From assembly GCA_040752695.1 (NCBI GenBank), contig JBFMGO010000144.1, forward strand, positions 1 through 12,688: a DNA stretch of 12,688 nucleotides. Direction: 5' to 3'. The DNA comes from a bacterium (GTDB lineage Bacteria; SZUA-182; DTGQ01). Of the stretch, positions 5,926 through 12,688 are shown one piece after another; position 1 is the first letter of the stretch; each line of letters opens with the position of its first letter. The position numbers and the translations under genes were made by a program. A model generated the notes under the pieces. The model had not been told where the DNA came from. It saw only the letters and a list, made by a program, of their open reading frames with translations, and did not search any database.

Positions 5926-7299
5926 ATGAATAGGGTAGTAGAAATCGAGCTTGGTTGTCAAATCACGCTGGATAAAAACCAGCTACCGACCAGGCTCCTT
6001 GACCAGATCAAGAGCTTTTTGACGCTGGATAACCCACGGTACAAGCAAGCTGATGAGCATGGATACAGCACTTATGGTATCGCAAAGTTTATCTATGCCT
6101 ATCACGAGGATGAATCTTGTCTCTACGCATATCGCGGCTACATCGGCTCCTTGCTGCCATTCCTGACGAGAAGCGGGTTGCAGTATCGAATCATCGATGA
6201 TCGGCGCAAGTTGCCGGAGATCGAGCTTTCTTTCCGTGGAACACTGCGACCATACCAGGAAAGAGCGGTTACTGAGGCACTCAGGAAGGATTTCGGCATT
6301 GTGGTTGCGCCATGTGGGGCCGGAAAAACGGTAATAGCTTGCGCGGTTATCGCATCCAGGAAACAGCCTACACTCATTATCGTCCATACCAAGGAGCTTT
6401 TGAATCAATGGCGCGATAGGCTTACTCAATATCTCGGTATTCCTCTTGATGAGATTGGGGTGATCGGTGCCGGAAAAGAGCTTATCAAGCCCATTACGGT
6501 GGGTATGGTTCAAACACTGGCAAAGCGTGACCTGGCAGAGATTCGGCAGCACTTCGGCCAGATTATAGTTGATGAGGTTCATCATTGTCCGGCGAGCACG
6601 TTTAATGAGGTTATCACATCCTTTGATTGCCAATATCAATTGGGGCTTTCGGCCACTCCATACCGGCGTGATGGCCTGGGGAAGCTGATCTATCTTACCC
6701 TTGGCAATGTGGCCACTGAGATTACAGATAGAGACCTGCAACAGGCCGGGACCAGGATAAAACCTGAAATCGTGGTCAGGGAGACCGGCTTTGATTTCGA
6801 TTACTGCGAGGACTCCGACTATCAGCCTATGGTAAGTGCTCTTATTGCAGATCCAGAGCGAAACGCTTTGATATGCGCTGATGTGATTTCGGAGAATCAA
6901 TCCGGGGAAAACCTTTCCCTAATCCTCTCCGACAGGAAAGCTCACCTTGCAGACCTGGCCGAGTCTCTTCATAACTTCGGGGTTGACTGCGCTATTCTCA
7001 CTGGCGACGTACCAAAGAAGCAGCGGGAGCAGATTATCCGGGATGCCGAAGGTGGAAAGCTTCGGGTGATCCTGGCGACTGGGCAGCTTGCCGGGGAGGG
7101 GCTTGACCTGCCAAAGCTTAACCGGCTGTTCGTGACCACTCCGATCAGATTCAGGGGCCGGATTACTCAATACATCGGGCGGGCGCTGAGGACGGCGGAG
7201 GGCAAGACCGATGCCAAGGTTTATGATTATGTGGACCCGGTTGGTATATTGCAATCAAGCTATCGGAGCAGGCAGAGAGTATATGATAGTATCAATTGA
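5926..7299 (+). CDS. Superfamily 2 DEAD/DEAH-box helicase (XPB/SSL2/ResIII-like)
   Basis: Q motif LRPYQ, Walker A APCGAGKT, DEVHH, SATP, GEGLDLP, QYIGRALR; SD GGAG near 5914. Confidence 0.93.
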   Translation: MNRVVEIELGCQITLDKNQLPTRLLDQIKSFLTLDNPRYKQADEHGYSTYGIAKFIYAYHEDESCLYAYRGYIGSLLPFLTRSGLQYRIIDDRRKLPEIELSFRGTLRPYQERAVTEALRKDFGIVVAPCGAGKTVIACAVIASRKQPTLIIVHTKELLNQWRDRLTQYLGIPLDEIGVIGAGKELIKPITVGMVQTLAKRDLAEIRQHFGQIIVDEVHHCPASTFNEVITSFDCQYQLGLSATPYRRDGLGKLIYLTLGNVATEITDRDLQQAGTRIKPEIVVRETGFDFDYCEDSDYQPMVSALIADPERNALICADVISENQSGENLSLILSDRKAHLADLAESLHNFGVDCAILTGDVPKKQREQIIRDAEGGKLRVILATGQLAGEGLDLPKLNRLFVTTPIRFRGRITQYIGRALRTAEGKTDAKVYDYVDPVGILQSSYRSRQRVYDSIN

Positions 7300-7533
7300 T
7301 ACAACGTCTGATAACATACCATATGTAAACTTAAGTTTACCGATTGCCTATAACCTCTTGTAATGATTATGCTTGTGAATACATAATTAAACCTGTTCAT
7401 TAACTGCACTGTTCACGAATTGCACAGCAGATAAGGTGCTGATAAGATTGATCGATATCGTAAGATATAAGATAGGTTAAAATAATATCATAAGTGATAA
7501 GGAAAGAATGAGACAAGGCAAGAGACAAAGGGA

Positions 7534-7546
7534 TAAGTCATTGATT
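7534..7546 (-). promoter_or_regulatory. IHF consensus site
   Basis: The minus strand reads AATCAATGACTTA, an exact match to WATCAANNNNTTR, just upstream of the cos-like site. Confidence 0.5.
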
Positions 7547-7582
7547 ATTAGTGGGTTAGATGGGAGGTGGGGGGGTAGGGAT

Positions 7583-7660
7583 AGGTACTTCCGGGCCAAT
7601 AGCCAATTGCTGTTTCGGCCAAAGGCTCGTTATTTTTCTACGCCGGAATTTCAAAAAATA
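7583..7660 (+). other. Putative lambdoid cos-like packaging site
   Basis: AGGTACTTCCGG resembles lambda cosQ context (GGGTCCTTTCCGG). CTCG and a T-run follow 36 nt after the heptamer, echoing the right side of cosN. It lies immediately upstream of a Nu1-like gene. Confidence 0.45.
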
Positions 7661-7694
7661 GGGTGTCAGTCAGTCAACCAAGGGAGATAAGTAA

Positions 7695-7982
7695 TTGAAA
7701 AATAAAGCTAAGAAAAATGATAAAATAGACGAAAATAAAGTAGAAATAGGTGAATTTTGTGAAGTTAAGCGAAAAGAATTTTTTTGTTACACTGCCGAAG
7801 GGCTTGGGCAAGTGCTAGGAAAATCAGAGAGATGGGTACACCGAATGTTAAAAAAAGGTGCTCCTGAAAAAGAAGAATTTTCCAAGGGTAAGTTTGGTTA
7901 TAGTACCGTCGCATGGACTCATTTTTTAATTTTCTATGAGCTTAAGTTTGGTGGTCAAACTAAAAATAGTGAAGACGATTGA
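7695..7982 (+). CDS. Nu1 (small terminase)-like winged-HTH protein, short form (Rpp-like candidate)
   Basis: TAEGLGQVLGKSERWVHRMLKKGAP...GKFGYSTVAWTHFL aligns by eye with lambda Nu1 NKKQLADIFGASIRTIQNWQEQGMP...GNEVLYDSAAVIKWY. TTG start with SD GGAG at 7683-7686. Confidence 0.62.
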   Translation: MKNKAKKNDKIDENKVEIGEFCEVKRKEFFCYTAEGLGQVLGKSERWVHRMLKKGAPEKEEFSKGKFGYSTVAWTHFLIFYELKFGGQTKNSEDD

Positions 7983-8011
7983 TTTTGCAGGCTTTTGAGA
8001 GGGAATAAATA

Positions 8012-8212
8012 ATGACTACACAGCAGATTATCACCGAAAAATGGCTCACAGTGCCAAGTGTCGCACGGCGGCTCGATATGTCCGAATCATCGGTTAGAAG
8101 AGAGATTAAATCCGGGCGACTCCGGGCCTATAAATTCGGCAAGCTTATAAAAATCTTGGAATCGGACGTGCTTGTATACCGTGAAAGCTGTATTGTTTGC
8201 CCTCAAAATTGA
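8012..8212 (+). CDS. Excisionase-like HTH_17 DNA-binding protein
   Basis: WLTVPSVARRLDMSESSVRREIKSGRLRAYKFGKLIKILESDV; SD GAGGGA. Confidence 0.88.
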   Translation: MTTQQIITEKWLTVPSVARRLDMSESSVRREIKSGRLRAYKFGKLIKILESDVLVYRESCIVCPQN

Positions 8213-8219
8213 TGATTTC

Positions 8220-8255
8220 ACGCCATTTGCACCATACGCACCATTGACGCCACAA
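8220..8255 (+). repeat. Four tandem 9-bp imperfect repeats
   Basis: ACGCCATTT GCACCATAC GCACCATTG ACGCCACAA (core RCRCCA). Confidence 0.8.
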
Positions 8256-8259
8256 CCTA

Positions 8260-8287
8260 TTGATAATATAGCTATATCTGGTAAAAT
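8260..8287 (+). promoter_or_regulatory. Promoter giving a probably leaderless transcript
   Basis: TTGATA (8260-8265), 16 bp, TAAAAT (8282-8287) with TGn extension. ATG 8294 lies 7 nt downstream and has no SD. Confidence 0.6.
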
Positions 8288-8293
8288 ACTAAT

Positions 8294-8854
8294 ATGCAAA
8301 CACAGTATCTTTCAGTTTCAGAGACAGCACAGGAACTATCTTTGACACGTAGTGACGTAAAAAAGCTTATCGGTGAGGGGAAATTAATCGCCTATACTTT
8401 CGGTAATGACCTGCGTGTTAATGTCGTAGATTTGCAAAATTTCATTAAAAAATCAAAGGTTGAGGTATCAATGAACTCATACGAATTAGCAACAAAATAT
8501 TTGTTTCATGTGGTACAGGCATGGAGTACGTCCGGCGAAGATGGTTCGCTTGCTCAGGCTCACGAAAAAATTTCCGCCGTTTTTCCCGCAGGTAGTCAGG
8601 CTTACCAGCAGCATAAAGAGGAAATTCTTAACGACAGCGGCAAAAATCAGGCTTCGGCATCATCCACACAGCAGGCCACACCGTCAACAAATCCTGCATC
8701 GGCTGGATTATCGGCAGGTGATCGGCTTAATAAGTTGATCGAGGCGAAAATACTTCAGAATCCGAAAATGAGCTACATGGCCGCTTTTAATGAGGTTCAG
8801 GTTGAAAATCCTGAGCTTACGAAGCAGTACGAACAGGAGATCTATCATCGATGA
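8294..8854 (+). CDS. Excisionase-like HTH fused to a helical domain with a phage scaffold-like C terminus
   Basis: YLSVSETAQELSLTRSDVKKLIGEGKLIAYTFGNDLRVNVVDLQNFI HTH, in-frame internal ATG 8471 with SD GAGGT, S/A/T/Q linker, C terminus AGDRLNKLIEAKI...MSYMAAFNEVQVENPELTKQY. Confidence 0.75.
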   Translation: MQTQYLSVSETAQELSLTRSDVKKLIGEGKLIAYTFGNDLRVNVVDLQNFIKKSKVEVSMNSYELATKYLFHVVQAWSTSGEDGSLAQAHEKISAVFPAGSQAYQQHKEEILNDSGKNQASASSTQQATPSTNPASAGLSAGDRLNKLIEAKILQNPKMSYMAAFNEVQVENPELTKQYEQEIYHR

Positions 8855-9462
8855 GCAATTCTTATATTAACAAAATCAAGCAGATCGAGCAGGACATTGC
8901 CAAGACCATCGAGCGGCTAACAGCTACGCAGCAAAAAGTTAATGAGCTAAAGCCACGGATTGAAAAGGCTGAAACCTTATACCGCGAACATAGAAAGGCT
9001 CTCGCTTTGTCAGAAAATGTTGACAAGCGGGGCGTCTCTGAAGCTCAGAAAACACTCAATTTTCTCAGGAGCGACCTGGACGAGGCTGTTATCTTGGTTG
9101 AAGCACTGGGAGATAAGCGGGTGCAGCTTGAAAACGACCTTGTAGCAGCTAAACAAGCTCTGACGGACCACGAAAATGAAATTCTTTCAGGCAAAGCTCA
9201 AAAATTGGTCGATGATTACACCAGGGCCATTACCGAAGCTTACAGTGCTGCATTCAGGTTGAAACTTGTTAGCCAACGGGTAACGGCTAACAACGGCTCA
9301 CTAAAGTTTGACTATCCACTCTCAACCTTTGAGGCTTTTGAGCTGGTTTACCAAGGCTTTCCACTTCTTGAAAGTGGCGACGGTGGATACTGCCGGAAAC
9401 TTTCCAGCAAGTATCTAAAACCGGAAGAGATCCAAGCTATTTGGGCTGATTTATTGAAATAA
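8851..9462 (+). CDS. Long coiled-coil hypothetical protein (203 aa)
   Basis: Heptad-rich for about 140 aa; ATGA overlap with the upstream gene. Confidence 0.8.
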   Translation: MSNSYINKIKQIEQDIAKTIERLTATQQKVNELKPRIEKAETLYREHRKALALSENVDKRGVSEAQKTLNFLRSDLDEAVILVEALGDKRVQLENDLVAAKQALTDHENEILSGKAQKLVDDYTRAITEAYSAAFRLKLVSQRVTANNGSLKFDYPLSTFEAFELVYQGFPLLESGDGGYCRKLSSKYLKPEEIQAIWADLLK

Positions 9463-9563
9463 ATCTTCCATCCCGTGAACGACAAAGCGCGAGTTGGATA
9501 TCAAGGGCGGGTTAAATCCTTCTCCCTCCTTTGAAAATTAAAATTATCCAATTTTATCTAAGC

Positions 9564-9597
9564 GGCCAGTGCCTTACGGGGCGCTGGCCAATTTTTT
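9564..9597 (+). terminator. Intrinsic terminator
   Basis: GGCCAGTGCC pairs with GGCGCTGGCC (one G-U), followed by AATTTTTT. Confidence 0.7.
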
Positions 9598-9609
9598 AGA
9601 AAGGTTAAT

Positions 9610-11979
9610 ATGAAAAAAATAATTATCGCAATATTAATATCTTTTACTTTATTTTTTGCCTTCAATGTTTGTGCACTCACTCAATTTCGGCGTACAACAC
9701 TTACCGGCGTAACTGGGATGGTAGGAATAAATGGCGCATTGCTCAACGACGGAGACCTCTGTCAAGTGGTTGACGCAAACAACTTTATTTTAACTTATCG
9801 CCTTGACTCCGATTCCGGGGCCACCGAATCAAGTCCTGAGATTTTGGCTCCTACTACCAATCCCGGATCGAAGAGATGGATCAGACAGCACAATTTTCGG
9901 GACCGAATCTCAATTGGTGAATATAGTGATAGTCTGGCTACAGCGATAGCCAATGCCGGAATATTAAAAAGAACGGTTTATATTGACACCAACATATCGC
10001 TTGCTTCAAATGTCATTGATCCAAACAATTTGAGCATGGAGATCGGGAAGAACGGCATTGTTCATCTCGGAAACTACAACTTAACCATATGGGGAGATTT
10101 TGAGTGTCCTTCGAATCATCAGGCTTTTGTGTATGACGGAACGGGAACCGTTACTTTTAAAAATCGTCCGCCTGTAGCGCATCCTGGGTGGTGGGGAGTA
10201 AAGGCGGATGGGGCTACAGATGATACAACAGCTCTCCAAAGTGCCATTAATTGTGGTCTGGGGTGCTATCAACTTCCACAAGGGATAATCAAGCTGACAT
10301 CTTCCGTTGTATTGAAAAATCCAATGAGGCTGATTGGGAGCGGTCACATAACTGATGTCTCTGGAGTGGGAACCTTGATCTGGGAAGATACAAATGTTCC
10401 GGCAATTTACTTGAATGGGCACGATTATAATATTCAAGATTCTTACCTTGCCAATTTTGATATCGTATCAGAGGGTGACGGTATCAAACTTTACGAATCG
10501 CATCGGAATACTATTCAGGATGTCCAAGTAAAGGCCGGGACAAAGGGGTGGGGGTTTGTCCTTGATGGATCTTACGAAAACAGGCTAATAGCATGTACAG
10601 CCACGACCAACGGATACAGCCCTCATACTTATACTACCGGCTATGCAGGTCATTTTGCCGGAGGGTTCCGTCTTTACAAGGGGGCGGCTTCTTACGGGCC
10701 GAACGCATCAGAATTAATTAATTGCATCGCTTCGTGTGGGGGAACGGGTGTCTATATTGGTGACATTGCTGCAATGTATGCAAATATTTATGGCGGCACC
10801 TTCGAAGGCAATGATTATAATTTGCATATAAAATCAGTTACTTTGCCTGTTAATATTCACGGATCTCACTTTGAAGCCGCCGAAGTCGAAAATATTAAAT
10901 TGGAGTCGGTTTCGGACATTCATTTTTATGGCATCGGCGCGATGGGTACAGGGTTGTCGAATCAATCTGTAGAAATGGTTTCGGCTACCAATTGTACTTT
11001 TAGTGATTCTTACTTGGGGTATGTGGCAATCGATGCAAATTGCCGGGACAATATCTTTAAAGATTGTACTGCGTATCATACCTATTTCGAAGATGCCGGG
11101 ATAGGCACGGAAATTATAAATTTAAAGAACCGATCAACGGATGAATACGGATATGGAAATCGCACTGATGTTGGAGTAGCCAATTTAGTAACCAACGAAG
11201 ATTTCGAACGGTGGGCAGACCCAAACACTCCTTGCGACTCAATAGAGCAGACCTGCTATGCCACAAAAGAGGGAACGATTATTAAATTCGGCACTTACTC
11301 TGCAAAAATCGAGAGCAATGGCACTTATTCGGGGCTTAGATATAATGATCTTGGCGCAAAGTTAAAATCGTCTTATCTTACAATATCTTTCTGGTTGTAT
11401 GTTCCGACCGGGGCGACGGGGAATTTTGGTATTCGTGTATACGGATTGGATACATCTTGTATTGTCTGGGACAGCGCAGCCGCTATTGGTTTTGATTCCT
11501 GGAAGAAAAAACAGTATACGGTCTATGTTGGTTCTCCAGGTTCTGCCAGGAGATCTGGATCGATTGACGTTGCGGTAATCTGTGCTGGCGATGCCGTTGG
11601 CTCTACCGGATATATAGACGGGCTGGCTGTTTGTGACGGAAGAAACCAGGCAAACATACCGGATGTCAGTGCGGTATCAATCGTCACTAATCGAATAACG
11701 AGCGGATCTATTGCTCCTGCTTCCGGTGGGTATATTCAGGGGGATGTAGTATTAAATTCTGCTCCTGATGCAGGAGAACCATCCGGCTGGATGTGTACCG
11801 TATCAGGCAGTCCTGGTACATGGGTAGCGACAGGCCAGGTTGGATATAGATCGGGGTCGGGGGCTCCAAGTGTCAATGCGAATTTCGTGGGGGAAGATTA
11901 CCTGGATACAGGGGCAAGTAAGTGGTATAAGTCAATAAGCACCGGATCGGGAGCGGGCGATTGGGTAGCGCTTAATTAA
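9610..11979 (+). CDS. Tailspike/depolymerase-like right-handed beta-helix protein with signal-peptide-like N terminus and CBM-like domain
   Basis: MKK, hydrophobic stretch and VCA cleavage-like site. WWGVKADGATDDTTALQSAIN (pectate_lyase_3/GH55-like start), N/G/I-rich beta-helix repeats, NLVTNEDFE (CBM-like jelly-roll start), and APASGGYIQGDVVLNSAP..GEPSGWMCTVSGSPGTW tail-protein motif. Confidence 0.85.
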   Translation: MKKIIIAILISFTLFFAFNVCALTQFRRTTLTGVTGMVGINGALLNDGDLCQVVDANNFILTYRLDSDSGATESSPEILAPTTNPGSKRWIRQHNFRDRISIGEYSDSLATAIANAGILKRTVYIDTNISLASNVIDPNNLSMEIGKNGIVHLGNYNLTIWGDFECPSNHQAFVYDGTGTVTFKNRPPVAHPGWWGVKADGATDDTTALQSAINCGLGCYQLPQGIIKLTSSVVLKNPMRLIGSGHITDVSGVGTLIWEDTNVPAIYLNGHDYNIQDSYLANFDIVSEGDGIKLYESHRNTIQDVQVKAGTKGWGFVLDGSYENRLIACTATTNGYSPHTYTTGYAGHFAGGFRLYKGAASYGPNASELINCIASCGGTGVYIGDIAAMYANIYGGTFEGNDYNLHIKSVTLPVNIHGSHFEAAEVENIKLESVSDIHFYGIGAMGTGLSNQSVEMVSATNCTFSDSYLGYVAIDANCRDNIFKDCTAYHTYFEDAGIGTEIINLKNRSTDEYGYGNRTDVGVANLVTNEDFERWADPNTPCDSIEQTCYATKEGTIIKFGTYSAKIESNGTYSGLRYNDLGAKLKSSYLTISFWLYVPTGATGNFGIRVYGLDTSCIVWDSAAAIGFDSWKKKQYTVYVGSPGSARRSGSIDVAVICAGDAVGSTGYIDGLAVCDGRNQANIPDVSAVSIVTNRITSGSIAPASGGYIQGDVVLNSAPDAGEPSGWMCTVSGSPGTWVATGQVGYRSGSGAPSVNANFVGEDYLDTGASKWYKSISTGSGAGDWVALN

Positions 11980-11981
11980 TA

Positions 11982-12266
11982 ATGATCAGTCTTGATTATT
12001 GCAGTATCCAGCCAGAGCAAGAGGACGGTGAACAGGCGTGTTCCCTGGAATTTTCTATGCTAAAACTTGCCGGAGCAGTTTTGGAAGTGGCGCTCATGGA
12101 TATTCAAAACAATTTCGAGCGGGATCAAGCTTTAAGATGGCTTTTCAATGACAACGACGAATATATTTTCAGTTTTCGATCTATCTGCCAATTACTTAAC
12201 ATTAGCCCTTGGCAGATCCGGCGAAGCGTGAAATCCTACCTGGCAAAGCATGGGCACAGAGCATGA
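11982..12266 (+). CDS. Conserved-looking hypothetical protein of phages/mobile elements
   Basis: LAGAVLEVALMD...ALRWLF...FSFRSICQLLNISP..IR resembles a recurrent uncharacterised small helical family. Starts 2 nt after the upstream stop. Confidence 0.7.
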   Translation: MISLDYCSIQPEQEDGEQACSLEFSMLKLAGAVLEVALMDIQNNFERDQALRWLFNDNDEYIFSFRSICQLLNISPWQIRRSVKSYLAKHGHRA

Positions 12267-12688
12267 TCAACTCACCAAAGATAATCCGGCTGCCACATCG
12301 AAGGACTTCTCTTATCGCTTCATTCCTGCGGGGCAGAAATGTTCGGACGGCTCAAGGATATGAGCGGGATCTGACCGACTTTGCAGGATGGCTGAATGCT
12401 GCCGACATCGAGGGGGCCGCGAAATCTCTCCTGGAGGGCGGACAAGGGGAGGCTAACCGGCTGGCACTGGATTACCGAGCAGCACTCATTGACCGGGGGC
12501 TCTCTCCTGCCACAATCAACAGAAGGCTCTCTACTCTCAGATCATTGGTAAAGCTGGCGCGGACATTGGGCCTTATATTCTGGACCCTGGACGTTGAGAA
12601 TATACGGGCGGCTCCTTATCGTGATATCAGGGGGCCGGGCCTATCCGGTTATCGTCTCCTCTTGCAGCAGGCCGGTAAGATCGGCGGG
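12263..12688 (+). CDS. Tyrosine recombinase (XerC-like), N-terminal core-binding domain; truncated by the window end
   Basis: Absent from the ORF track because there is no stop in the window. Manual translation from ATG 12263: MINSPKIIRL...FLRGRNVRTAQGYERDLTDFAGWL...ALDYRAALIDRGLSPATINRRLSTLRSLVKLARTLG...YRDIRGPG. T..Y..DL.DF and SPATINRRLS.LRS are SAM-like integrase motifs. Confidence 0.9.
   Translation, partial: MINSPKIIRLPHRRTSLIASFLRGRNVRTAQGYERDLTDFAGWLNAADIEGAAKSLLEGGQGEANRLALDYRAALIDRGLSPATINRRLSTLRSLVKLARTLGLIFWTLDVENIRAAPYRDIRGPGLSGYRLLLQQAGKIGG

Larger units (their letters stand above)
1..12688 (+). mobile_element. Part of a phage satellite-like (PICI-like) or phage-plasmid element; both ends lie outside the window
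   Basis: Co-oriented genes for a phage initiator, DnaB-like helicase, several excisionase-type HTHs, a Nu1-like protein, a tailspike-like protein and a tyrosine recombinase. No housekeeping genes and no capsid, portal or TerL genes. Mobile nature is well supported; the satellite class is inferred. Confidence 0.75.

Noticed and set aside
4278..5961. Minus-strand ORFs at 4278, 4358, 5308 and 5695
   Set aside because: They lie opposite the initiator and DnaB genes and have no independent support.
5983..6900. 305-aa minus-strand ORF, plus the shorter ones at 6138-6392 and 6919-7254
   Set aside because: Antisense shadows of the well-supported SF2 helicase, with no recognisable motifs.
5926..7299. 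Type III restriction or other defence-system helicase
   Set aside because: No nuclease domain and no neighbouring methyltransferase; the context is replication.
7508..7690. 60-aa + strand ORF
   Set aside because: Overlaps the IHF site, G tract and cos-like sequence; no domain. Better explained as cis-acting DNA, though not excluded.
8508..11079. Alternative-frame and antisense ORFs at 8508, 8960, 10081 and 10834
   Set aside because: Fully nested in longer, better-supported genes, with no motifs.
12250..12363. Short ORF from ATG 12250
   Set aside because: Stops after 37 codons; the frame from 12263 is open to the window end and carries the recombinase motifs.

Overview
A 12.7-kb slice of an uncharacterised mobile element with all credible genes on the + strand, many coupled by ATGA or 8-bp overlaps. 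In order: a consensus sigma70 promoter driving an excisionase-like HTH, a DUF1640/CCDC90-like membrane coiled-coil and three hypothetical genes; a palindrome-rich spacer; an HTH/coiled-coil protein with repeats upstream of and inside its own gene; an AT-rich orphan followed by a duplicated 24-bp palindrome; a replication module (structured leader, RHH protein, phage-type initiator with internal iterons, DnaB-like helicase, SF2 helicase); a lambdoid cos-like site followed by a short Nu1-like wHTH protein; two more excisionase-like HTH genes, one fused to a scaffold-like tail; a coiled-coil protein; a tailspike-like beta-helix protein with a signal peptide; a conserved hypothetical; and the 5' end of a XerC-type tyrosine recombinase. 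No capsid, portal, large terminase, primase or lysis gene is visible. The best reading, which is inference, is a phage satellite (PICI-like) or phage-plasmid hybrid that replicates on its own and may redirect helper-phage packaging. All family calls come from recognising motifs by eye; no searches were run.
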